From the NCBI GenBank assembly GCA_036735985.1, contig DAINNH010000002.1:1095-65094 (forward strand): DNA of 64,000 nt, written 5' to 3'. Numbering within the stretch: the stretch's first letter is position 1; each line of letters begins with the position of its first letter. This DNA comes from Candidatus Alectryobacillus sp. GTDB lineage: Bacteria > Bacillota_I > Bacilli_A > RFN20 > CAG-826. The notes under the pieces were generated by a model, which saw only the letters and a program-made list of their open reading frames with translations, did not search any database and was not told the origin of the DNA. This document shows, in pieces, positions 20,073-28,543 of this stretch. Position numbers and translations under genes: made by a program.

Positions 20073-21625
20073 TATTTTGCGGTTTCAACAGCACGATATT
20101 CTCGAATTACTGTAACTCTAATTTGACCTGGATAAGTCATAGTTGTTTCAATTTTATCTTTAATTTCTTGTGCCATTTTGAAAGCTTGTAAATCATCAAC
20201 TTTATCTGGAACGACCATGACACGAAGTTCACGACCTGATTGAATAGCATACGCTTGATCAACACCATCAAATTGCTTTGTAATTTCTTCAAGTTGTTCA
20301 ATTCTCTTAATATATTTTTCAAGAGTCTCACTACGAGCTCCTGGACGAGCAGCCGATAAAGTATCAGCGGCTTGAACTAAGATTGAAATAACATATTTTT
20401 GTTCAACATCACCATGGTGAGATTCAATTGCATTAACAACAACTGGGGATTCACCATACTTTTTAGCAACACGGACACCAATTTCAACGTGACTACCATC
20501 AACTTCAAAATCAAGAGCTTTACCAATATCATGGAATAAACCAGCACGACGAGCTAACATTTGATCTAAGCCTAATTCACTAGCCATAACACCAGCTAAT
20601 TCAGCGACTTCAATCGAATGTTCAAGACCATTTTGGCCATATGAAGTACGATACTTTAAACGACCAATTAGTTCAACTTCTTCCTTAGGAACTTTACCTA
20701 ACCCTAATTTAAAGACAGCTTCTTGTCCGGCCTTAAAGATACTATCATCAACTTCAGCCTTCATCTTATTGAAAATTTCTTCAATACGACCAGGTTGAAT
20801 ACGACCATCGTTAACTAAGGCTTCCAAAGTTTTACGAGCCACTTCACGACGAATTGGATTAAAACATGAAACAGTAATAGCTTCTGGAGTATCATCAATT
20901 AAAATATCAACACCAAGTAATTGTTCGAGAGATTTAATATTACGACCTTCACGACCAATAATACGACCTTTCATTTCATCGCTCGGAAGTGCAACAGTGG
21001 TAACTGATTTTTCAACAGCAACTTCTTGCGCATGTTTGGAAATAGCTAAAGCTAAAAGGTTTTCTGCTTTTGTATCCGCTTCATCCTTAGCTTCTTCTTC
21101 ACGATCTTTCATATATTGAGCAATTTCATGATCCATTTTGCCTTGAATACGTAGCATAATTTCATCATGTGCTTGTTGCTCAGTCATATGAGCGACATTT
21201 TCCAATTCTTTAACGATGGAATCAATTTTTTCTTGTAAGGTTTTGTCCTTTTTGTCAAGTTCTGTTTGTTGACGAGATAAATTTTTATCCTTTTCGTCAA
21301 GAGCATTTTCTTTAGCGATAAGAGCTAAATCTCTCTTATCCATATTATCTTCACGAATAGATAACTTTGAACCTTGATCATTAAGTTCCTGACGACGTTG
21401 TTGAAATTCTTTTTCAGCTTCATTTTTTTGTTCAAGTAACGCTTGTTTCGCATCAATTTGAGCATTTTTTGTAATCATGTCGGCTTTAATATTAGCATCA
21501 CGAATAATCTTATCAGCTTGAGCTTTTTTAGATTTTCCAAGCAAGAAAAATACTAAATAAACAATAACTCCACCAATAACAAGTCCGATTGCGCCACCTA
21601 CTAAGCCCCAACCTAGTTCTCCCAT
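20072..21625 (-). CDS. rny: Ribonuclease Y
   Basis: N-terminal transmembrane helix, coiled coil, KH domain (GRIIGREGRNIK), and HD domain (HSIEVA...HDIGK). Confidence 0.95.
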   Translation of the reverse strand: MGELGWGLVGGAIGLVIGGVIVYLVFFLLGKSKKAQADKIIRDANIKADMITKNAQIDAKQALLEQKNEAEKEFQQRRQELNDQGSKLSIREDNMDKRDLALIAKENALDEKDKNLSRQQTELDKKDKTLQEKIDSIVKELENVAHMTEQQAHDEIMLRIQGKMDHEIAQYMKDREEEAKDEADTKAENLLALAISKHAQEVAVEKSVTTVALPSDEMKGRIIGREGRNIKSLEQLLGVDILIDDTPEAITVSCFNPIRREVARKTLEALVNDGRIQPGRIEEIFNKMKAEVDDSIFKAGQEAVFKLGLGKVPKEEVELIGRLKYRTSYGQNGLEHSIEVAELAGVMASELGLDQMLARRAGLFHDIGKALDFEVDGSHVEIGVRVAKKYGESPVVVNAIESHHGDVEQKYVISILVQAADTLSAARPGARSETLEKYIKRIEQLEEITKQFDGVDQAYAIQSGRELRVMVVPDKVDDLQAFKMAQEIKDKIETTMTYPGQIRVTVIREYRAVETAK

Positions 21626-21945
21626 AGCAAAAACCATCCTTTTTATATTGTATATTTAACAAAAATTAACGATATATACATAAAAAAATGTTTAAAGACA
21701 CCAAATTTATTTATATATACGTTTAAATAATAAATTTTAGTAAATATATTGTATCAACAGATACGTCCTTATTATATCAAAGATGTCCTCAAGATTAAAG
21801 TTATTATGCAAAAATACTTTATAGTATTTGCTATTAAATTAATATTTCTTCTAACTAAATGGTCAGTTAAAATAGGAAGCGCCTTTAAAAATAGTAATTT
21901 GCTACCCTAATTAACGTATTAAAAATGTATTTTTAATTACAAATA

Positions 21946-22938
21946 TTAGCTTTTGGCAACTTCGCCATTTACTACAGCATTCTTAATTTGATCAAAAATA
22001 TCAGGATGATCTTTTAAGAATTTTTTTGCTGTTTCACGGCCTTGTCCGATTTTGTTCCCTTGGAATTCATACCAAGAGCCACTCTTATTGATGATATTCA
22101 TGTTACTAGCTAAATCTAATAATTCGCCCTCACGAGAAATACCATGACCATAAATAATATCAAAACTACATGTTTTAAATGGTGGCGCAACTTTATTTTT
22201 CACAACTTTAATGTTGACACTATTACCTAAAATATCGCTGCCATCTTTGATTGCTTCGCTTCGACGAATATCAATACGAATACTTGAATAAAATTTTAGA
22301 GCTTTTCCACCAGTTGTGACTTCAGGATTTCCATAAATAACACCAACTTTTTCACGGAGTTGATTTATAAAAATCACTGTGCAATTAGCTTTTGCAATTT
22401 CTGCTGTAATTTTCCTTAAAGCTTTGGACATTAATCTTGCTTGAAGGCCCACTTGATTATCAATCATTTCACCTTCTAGTTCTGCCTTTGGAACAAGGGC
22501 AGCAACACTATCAACAACTATTAAAGAAAAAGCACCACTTTTTCCAAGCATTTCTACGATATCTAAAGCCTGTTCTCCACTATCTGGTTGTGAAAGAATT
22601 AATTCATCGATATCAACGCCTAAATTTTTTGCATAAACAGGATCGATAGCATGTTCAGCATCAATAAACGCACAACGTCCGCCTTGTTTTTGTGCTTCAG
22701 CAATTGCATGAAGCGAAAGTGTTGTCTTACCACTACTTTCTGGTCCATAAATTTCAATAATTCGACCACGCGGATATCCACCGACTCCTAAAGCTTGATC
22801 AAGCAAAATTGACCCTGATGAAATTACGTCAATATCAGTGTTAGGTTTTTCACCTAATTTCATGATACTTCCTTTGCCAAAAGTACGCTCCACCTGAGCT
22901 AGTACTTCATTTAACTTATCGTCATTTGTTTTATCCAT
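21946..22938 (-). CDS. recA: Recombinase A
   Basis: GPESSGKTT Walker A; L1 and L2 loops conserved. Confidence 0.97.
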   Translation of the reverse strand: MDKTNDDKLNEVLAQVERTFGKGSIMKLGEKPNTDIDVISSGSILLDQALGVGGYPRGRIIEIYGPESSGKTTLSLHAIAEAQKQGGRCAFIDAEHAIDPVYAKNLGVDIDELILSQPDSGEQALDIVEMLGKSGAFSLIVVDSVAALVPKAELEGEMIDNQVGLQARLMSKALRKITAEIAKANCTVIFINQLREKVGVIYGNPEVTTGGKALKFYSSIRIDIRRSEAIKDGSDILGNSVNIKVVKNKVAPPFKTCSFDIIYGHGISREGELLDLASNMNIINKSGSWYEFQGNKIGQGRETAKKFLKDHPDIFDQIKNAVVNGEVAKS

Positions 22939-22980
22939 AGATTTTTGTACCTCTAATTAATAGGTGGAGAGTTTTTAAAA

Positions 22981-24096
22981 TTATTTCGAAATTATTTCAA
23001 TTATTTTTTCAATAGCAATATTACATGCTTCTTTTCGAATATCATTTCTTTCACCTTTTAAGGTGTACTCTAGCACTTCAATCTTATCTTTATACTTAAT
23101 GCCAATAAATATCAATCCAACGGGCTTATTGCCTTTATCAACACTTGGTCCAGCGTTTCCAGTAAAAGATACACAAATATCGGAATGTAACTTAATGGTT
23201 CCATTAATAACCATTTCGGTGGCAACTTCTTTTGAAACAACGCTATATTTATCAATAGTTTCTTCACTAACGCCAACTATTTCTTCTTTTATTAAGGGAT
23301 TATAAGAAACAATTGTTCCTAAGAAATATTTGCTTGAACCAGGGACGCTTGTAATACTAGAAGCAAATAAACCACCCGTAAATGATTCAACACTTCCAAA
23401 CGTTAAATGTTTTTCTTCGCAAAGTTTAAATAATTCATCAATCTTTTTTAAATCAACTTCTTTTGATTCGCTAAGAAACACTTTTTTGTTTTGAACAACA
23501 TAAATAATTCCTGACAAAACAGAAAAGAATAAAGCGAGATAAACAAAAAAGTCTGCAATTCTTAATCCTTTTGGGAAATTATAATCAAAATAAGAGAATG
23601 GATAACCGTTTAACAATATTATTGGCAAAGCAATCATTTGAAAAATTGTTTTTAGTTTCCCATAAATATTTGCAGCTAAAACAATATTCTTTTTTGCTGC
23701 CATTAAACGAACTGTATCAACAACTAAATCGCGAACAATAAATATAATTACTACGTATAAAGATATTTGAATTTGGTTGAGATTTTGAGAAAAATATTGA
23801 GGAACTGCAAGATAAATTAAAGTTGCATTTACTAACATTTTATCAGCAATTGGATCTAAGAATTTTCCTAAATCAGTTATTTGATTATTTTTACGAGCTA
23901 AATAACCATCCAAAGTGTCAGTTGAAGCTGCAATAACAAAAATAACAAAAACTATTAAATATACCAAATTAATTGGTGCATTTTCTGGTCCATATGATGG
24001 AACGGCTACATTAAAAAACCCAAAAATAAACAGACCAAGATATAATCCGAAAACTAGAAAAATTCTTGAAAACGTAATTTTATTTGGTGTGTTCAT
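22981..24096 (-). CDS. pgsA: Fusion of CDP-diacylglycerol--glycerol-3-phosphate 3-phosphatidyltransferase (PgsA) with the CinA C-terminal (PncC-like) domain
   Basis: N-terminal half has the CDP-alcohol transferase motif DTLDGYLARK...GKFLDPIADK. C-terminal half is CinA_C (FGSVESFTGGL...VPGSS). The start is taken at 24096, which has AAAGGAG 7 nt upstream. Confidence 0.8.
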   Translation of the reverse strand: MNTPNKITFSRIFLVFGLYLGLFIFGFFNVAVPSYGPENAPINLVYLIVFVIFVIAASTDTLDGYLARKNNQITDLGKFLDPIADKMLVNATLIYLAVPQYFSQNLNQIQISLYVVIIFIVRDLVVDTVRLMAAKKNIVLAANIYGKLKTIFQMIALPIILLNGYPFSYFDYNFPKGLRIADFFVYLALFFSVLSGIIYVVQNKKVFLSESKEVDLKKIDELFKLCEEKHLTFGSVESFTGGLFASSITSVPGSSKYFLGTIVSYNPLIKEEIVGVSEETIDKYSVVSKEVATEMVINGTIKLHSDICVSFTGNAGPSVDKGNKPVGLIFIGIKYKDKIEVLEYTLKGERNDIRKEACNIAIEKIIEIISK

Positions 24097-24106
24097 ATTA
24101 TTCTCC

Positions 24107-24461
24107 TTTTGAGTCCCAGTCCTATAAGCCATGTTCTGTCAAGGGCAATTATTTATCTACACTTACGTGTTACCTCTCGTGGATTCAATTATCCCGAGAT
24201 AGCCTCCCCTACCTAAATTTGGGTTTCTCGCTTGTGGGGTTTACCAACGTTTCACTTTACTATTTCTAGTAAATTCGTCACTGTGGCACTTTACAGAGCA
24301 TTATCATGGTTACCTTTAGATTTTGCTCCGCCGTTATCTACTCCTAGATACCTAGCTTTATTGATTATACTAGCGCAAACACTACTATCATCGCAGATAG
24401 TGCGAGCATGGACTTTCCTCTAAATATAAGATATTTAGCAATTACCTAGACTGGGTTACAA
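24107..24461 (-). ncRNA. rnpB: RNase P RNA (B-type, Firmicutes)
   Basis: Minus-strand sequence carries the P4 strands GAGGAAAGUCCAUGCUCGCAC and ACAGAACAUGGCUUAU. The 5' region GGUAAUUGCUAAAUAUCUUAUAUUUAGAGGAAAGUCC parallels B. subtilis. GGUAAACCCCACAAGCGAGAAACCCAAAUUUAGGUAGGGGA matches the B. subtilis CR-IV/V region. Confidence 0.9.
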
Positions 24462-24821
24462 TAAACTCTTCGGATCGATTCCGAGTTCATTAAGTTTTTT
24501 CTCATAAACATTAATTTTTGCAAGTAACTCAACACCCGAAATCTTATTCTGGAGATCACTTGGTTTAAGATTCTTAAAAGTTGATTTATAAATAAGAAAC
24601 TCATTTGATAAATTACTGAATCTATCACTAAAATCCTTATTTTCAACTCTTAAAGCACTAATTGTTTCATTTAATTGACTAATTTCAGCGTTTTTTTGCT
24701 TTCGTTCGTTTAGTAAAAGATCTAAGAATTGGTCAACTTGAACCATAGAATAGCCCTTGTCAACGCCATCAAATTTCTTTCCTAAGATATCAATATCGGT
24801 AAATTTAGTATCTTGTGCCAT
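24456..24821 (-). CDS. gpsB: DivIVA-domain cell-cycle protein (GpsB-like)
   Basis: DivIVA N-domain motif FDGVDKGYSMVQVDQFLD followed by a coiled coil. The gpsB-rnpB adjacency is the same as in B. subtilis. Confidence 0.6.
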   Translation of the reverse strand: MAQDTKFTDIDILGKKFDGVDKGYSMVQVDQFLDLLLNERKQKNAEISQLNETISALRVENKDFSDRFSNLSNEFLIYKSTFKNLKPSDLQNKISGVELLAKINVYEKKLNELGIDPKSLL

Positions 24822-24909
24822 AGTTTCTCCCGCTTATTTATTATATATAAATAAGATTTTTAAAACAATGATATTAAAGACTATTCAAACAATGATATAA
24901 TTTCCGTAT

Positions 24910-25635
24910 ATGAAGTTATTAAACGAATTGTTAAAAGGTAAAAGAAAAGCTATTTTCTTTGATTTAGAAGGCACGCAATTAACCCAAGAAGTCATCGCAA
25001 TTGGCGCAATTAAAGCCAAACTTGACTCAAAGGGCGACATTGTTTCATTTGATAAAAAGGGTTTTAAAATTTATGTTAAATCGAAAGGAGATATAGGCTC
25101 CATCGTAACAAAGTTAACTAAAATAACTGAAAAAATGCTAAAAGAAGATGGCGTTTATTACCATACCGCCATTCAAAGATTTTCAGCCTACGTTGGAAAG
25201 CATCCAGAAGAATACGTTTTTATTGCTTATGGAAATTATGATCGAACATTGATTTGCAAAACATGTTCTATTAATCAAGATGATGGCGAAGATTTTGTAA
25301 AAATCGTTGCCAAAAACTATTTGGATTTTGCAAAATTTGTCACACGTTTTATTAAGAATTCTTCAAATCAAACACCATCACTTATTGATGCGATTTTAGC
25401 ATTAAATGGTGAACCATTCGATAATACACACGATCCGTTATGCGATACTCAAAATCTTGTATTACTTTATAAACTTCTCAAAGATAACAAAAAAGATCTT
25501 AAAGAAATATTAAAAAATTCTATTATGTCTTCAAATCTGCCAACCCCAGTTTTGAACGTTTTAAAGAAAATTAATAGTGGTCAAAATGTAACTCCGGTTG
25601 ACTATGAACAGTATCTAAATGATTATATAAAGTGA
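24910..25635 (+). CDS. DnaQ-like (DEDDh) 3'-5' exonuclease domain protein
   Basis: Exo I FFDLEGT, Exo II YGNYDRTL, Exo III HDPLCD. This is my own motif matching. Confidence 0.5.
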   Translation: MKLLNELLKGKRKAIFFDLEGTQLTQEVIAIGAIKAKLDSKGDIVSFDKKGFKIYVKSKGDIGSIVTKLTKITEKMLKEDGVYYHTAIQRFSAYVGKHPEEYVFIAYGNYDRTLICKTCSINQDDGEDFVKIVAKNYLDFAKFVTRFIKNSSNQTPSLIDAILALNGEPFDNTHDPLCDTQNLVLLYKLLKDNKKDLKEILKNSIMSSNLPTPVLNVLKKINSGQNVTPVDYEQYLNDYIK

Positions 25636-26168
25636 TAGTTATTAAACAAAAAACAAAGCGAAACCTGAATATTTCAGGTAATCGTGGTATGGAATTGGAA
25701 TCAAGTATAAATGATTCAAATAGTTTTTATAATGAGAAAAAAATCAGTTACATCTATAAAAAACCAACTCCAATAAAAGTTGTAACTTTAAATGGCAAAG
25801 TAATTACAAAAGCTTTTTTTGAAGGCGATTCAACTCTTGACTATTGTGGCATATATTGCAAAAAATTTATAGAATTTGAAGCTAAAAGTACCAAATCAAA
25901 GACGTCGTTTCCTCTTAAGAATATCGCCGAACATCAATTAAATCATCTTCTTCTCATTAATAAATTAGGAGGAATTAGTTTCTTAATTATTGAATTTGCT
26001 GCCCTAAATGAATATTATTTATTGTCTTGTTCTATTTTGGAAAACTTCATATTAAATTCACGGCATAAATCAATTAAAATAGACTTTTTCATTAAAAATG
26101 CAATAAAAATAAAACAGGGATATCATCCCCGTTTATATTATTTAGAGGCTTTAGATTCTCTTTTATAA
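25632..26168 (+). CDS. recU: Holliday junction resolvase RecU
   Basis: GNRGMELE, KKPTPIKVV, DYCGIY, FEAKSTKSKTSFPL, all collinear with B. subtilis RecU. GTG at 25632 overlaps the upstream stop; the alternative start ATG at 25689 has AGGTAA upstream. Confidence 0.85.
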   Translation: MIVIKQKTKRNLNISGNRGMELESSINDSNSFYNEKKISYIYKKPTPIKVVTLNGKVITKAFFEGDSTLDYCGIYCKKFIEFEAKSTKSKTSFPLKNIAEHQLNHLLLINKLGGISFLIIEFAALNEYYLLSCSILENFILNSRHKSIKIDFFIKNAIKIKQGYHPRLYYLEALDSLL

Positions 26169-26794
26169 AAATCACATATTTCTTTTAATTTACAAATTTC
26201 ACATTTTGGTGATCGTGCATTGCATATAGTTCGTCCAAAAATAATAAATTGATGATGGCATGAAATCCATTCCTCTTTTGGAAATGCCTTTTTAAGATTT
26301 TTTTCAACTTTCAAAACATCACTATTTTTTGGCGCAAATCCTAACCGAATTGCAATACGATGTATATGAGTATCAACTGGAAATTCTGGAATTTTAAATA
26401 ATTCTGCTAAAACTACATTAGCCGTTTTATTACCAACACCCGGCAAAGACATTAGATCTTCTTTGTTTTTAGGAACTATACCATTATACTTTTTTAGTAA
26501 TATCTCTGCAATTCCCTTACAATTTTTACTTTTTACTTCACATAAACCAATCGATTTAATATATTCTTTTAGCACATTTAGGTCTGCAGAAGCAATCTTT
26601 TCCAAACTATTTAAATCATTAAAAAGATTAACCGTCGCCTTATTAACCGCCGCGTCAGTAGTTTGAGCTGAAAGCATTACGGCAATAACTAATTCATAAT
26701 CTTTAAAGTAATTTAAAGAACACATTGCATTTGGCAAGATTTCATTAAAATATTCTTTAACAATTTTAGCTTTATCGCTTTTATTTCTTTTCAT
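26138..26794 (-). CDS. nth: Endonuclease III
   Basis: Helix-hairpin-helix LPGVGNKTA plus the 4Fe-4S Cx6Cx2Cx5C cluster at the C-terminus. Confidence 0.9.
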   Translation of the reverse strand: MKRNKSDKAKIVKEYFNEILPNAMCSLNYFKDYELVIAVMLSAQTTDAAVNKATVNLFNDLNSLEKIASADLNVLKEYIKSIGLCEVKSKNCKGIAEILLKKYNGIVPKNKEDLMSLPGVGNKTANVVLAELFKIPEFPVDTHIHRIAIRLGFAPKNSDVLKVEKNLKKAFPKEEWISCHHQFIIFGRTICNARSPKCEICKLKEICDFYKRESKASK

Positions 26795-27443
26795 CAGTCC
26801 AACGTGTTTTTAAAATTTCGATATTTTTTTGTGTTTCTTCATCGGAAATCTTACTATTTTGAGTAGAATAGCCTTCTGATAAAACATCTTTTTCACTTTT
26901 GTTCTTTAATAAAATATTTTCAACAGCTTTAATTGATAATCTATTTCGCATAGCAGCTGTTTTTAAAGCATAAGAAATTGCTTCTGGAGTAAATTCATTG
27001 TGAATCCACTCATCAATTCGATCTAATTCAAGAGGAGCCAAAGATCTTTTAAAAGTTATTTCAAATTCTTTATATAAAGCTTCAATCTTCTTATTAAAAT
27101 CATTATCATAACGATGTGATTCGTTATTAAATAAAGCTTTTTCAAATTCATCATAAAGTGTTTTCTTCAATGGCTCTAAAGACGTTGTTAAGAAATTTGA
27201 TGAAGGATTCGTCGTATATTCTAAAAATCCTTTAGTCAATAAAGAACATACTAAATCATCAATTTTCACTGTGTCATAATTCATTCTTAAAGCTAATAAA
27301 TCATTTGTGATAAAAGTATTATTTTGAGAAAGCAAATGGTCAATCATTAAAATAACACTAAGTTCTTCTTCAGTAATCTTTAATTTCTTATAGTACTCTA
27401 AAAGGCAAAAATCAAAATTAACTGCATCTAAATTTTTTTCCAT
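26781..27443 (-). CDS. dnaD: DnaD-domain replication initiation / membrane attachment protein
   Basis: Adjacent to nth as in B. subtilis (dnaD-nth). C-terminal DnaD-like repeat L..LE..I.EW...F..E.I..AL. Confidence 0.6.
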   Translation of the reverse strand: MEKNLDAVNFDFCLLEYYKKLKITEEELSVILMIDHLLSQNNTFITNDLLALRMNYDTVKIDDLVCSLLTKGFLEYTTNPSSNFLTTSLEPLKKTLYDEFEKALFNNESHRYDNDFNKKIEALYKEFEITFKRSLAPLELDRIDEWIHNEFTPEAISYALKTAAMRNRLSIKAVENILLKNKSEKDVLSEGYSTQNSKISDEETQKNIEILKTRWTDEKK

Positions 27444-27501
27444 ATTTGCCTCCTTAGAAAACTATCTTTTATTATACTATTAAATCTCTAATTAATAAGA
27501 T

Positions 27502-28116
27502 TTAAATAGATTTTTTAATCTTATTAAATTCTTCCTGCATCTTGGCATCTTTAATTTCATTAATGAGATTTAGATTATTGGAAATTGTTTCTTTTAAAGA
27601 TCCTTCGATGTCAAAACCATAAACAATTGCAAATCGATAAGCGCGAATAATGCGTAAAGGGTCTTCCTTAATTCTCTTTAAAGGATCACCAATCATTCTA
27701 ATTAGATGATCTTTAAGATCTTTTAAACCATTTTGTGGATCAATAATCTTATAGTTTTCGTCAATATAAATGGCGTTAATAGTAAAATCTCTTCTTTTAG
27801 AATCATCTTCAAGATTATTAACAAATTTAATATAAGAAGGGTGACGCAAATCATCGTATTCGCCCTCTTCTCTTAATGTAGTCACATCTATTTTATGACC
27901 ATTAGCAATCGTATGAACACTTCCATATTTTGCAAAAGTCAAATCAATATCTTTAATAAATTTTTGCATGTCACTGGGAGTCGCATCAGTAACAAAATCA
28001 AAATCATTTACTTCATGATTTAATAATAAATCACGAGAAGTACCTCCAATAATATAAAGACGAAAGTGGTTTTCATTAAAGACTTTCTTTAGTAAATCAA
28101 ATTCTACCAATTGCAT
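27502..28116 (-). CDS. Short nucleotidyltransferase with a CCA-adding/poly(A) polymerase head domain only (about 204 aa)
   Basis: GG(T)SRDLLL...DFDFV and RRDFTINA head-domain motifs. The body and tail domains are absent. The start is probably MQLVEF (28116) rather than the ORF-track start, which lies inside the hup terminator. Confidence 0.6.
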   Translation of the reverse strand: MQLVEFDLLKKVFNENHFRLYIIGGTSRDLLLNHEVNDFDFVTDATPSDMQKFIKDIDLTFAKYGSVHTIANGHKIDVTTLREEGEYDDLRHPSYIKFVNNLEDDSKRRDFTINAIYIDENYKIIDPQNGLKDLKDHLIRMIGDPLKRIKEDPLRIIRAYRFAIVYGFDIEGSLKETISNNLNLINEIKDAKMQEEFNKIKKSI

Positions 28117-28136
28117 ATTATTATTATAACAAAAAA

Positions 28137-28164
28137 AGACTTCCATGAAGGAAGTCTCTTATTT
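28137..28164 (-). terminator. Terminator hairpin after hup (AGACTTCC-TTCAT-GGAAGTCT plus T7)
   Basis: 8-bp stem and T-run on the minus strand. It overlaps the nominal first ten codons of the next ORF. Confidence 0.65.
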
Positions 28165-28176
28165 TCTAAACTAAAA

Positions 28177-28446
28177 TTATAAGCTTTCTTTTAAGGCTTT
28201 AGCTAATTTAAAGGAAACGACTTTCTTAGCTGGGATTTCAATAACTTCTTTTGTTCCAGGAATTGTACCCTTACGAGCGGCTCTTTCCTTAACTGAGAAA
28301 ATACCAAAACCAGCAACTTTAACAGTCTCACCTTTTTCTAAGGCATCACCAATAACTTCAAAAACTCCATCAAGAGCTTCGGCAGCTTCTTTAAGTGATA
28401 CTCCTAATTTAGCGGCTAATTCGGCGACTAATTCTTGTTTATTCAT
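28177..28446 (-). CDS. hup: DNA-binding protein HU
   Basis: GFGxFxVxERAARKGxxPxTxExIxIPA arm motif; 89 aa. Confidence 0.9.
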   Translation of the reverse strand: MNKQELVAELAAKLGVSLKEAAEALDGVFEVIGDALEKGETVKVAGFGIFSVKERAARKGTIPGTKEVIEIPAKKVVSFKLAKALKESL

Positions 28447-28543
28447 TTTTTTATCCTCTTTCTTTAAATATACTTAGTAGAAATTAAAAAAGCAAGAAAT
28501 TTCGCGTAGTTTACGAACTATTTTTTGTTTTTCCTTGTTAAAA

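Noticed and set aside
21638-21945. Possible small RNA or riboswitch in the 308-nt recA-rny intergenic region
   Set aside because: It is uniformly over 80% AT with only weak AT hairpins and no conserved-looking structured core. It is best explained as a rny promoter and a recA 3' region. RNA-seq would be needed to say more.
24084-24423. Two plus-strand ORFs (61 and 63 aa), and the minus-strand 66-aa ORF at 24446-24646
   Set aside because: The plus-strand pair overlaps the RNase P RNA gene on the opposite strand. The minus-strand ORF is out of frame within gpsB. The RNA explanation and the gpsB frame explain the region.
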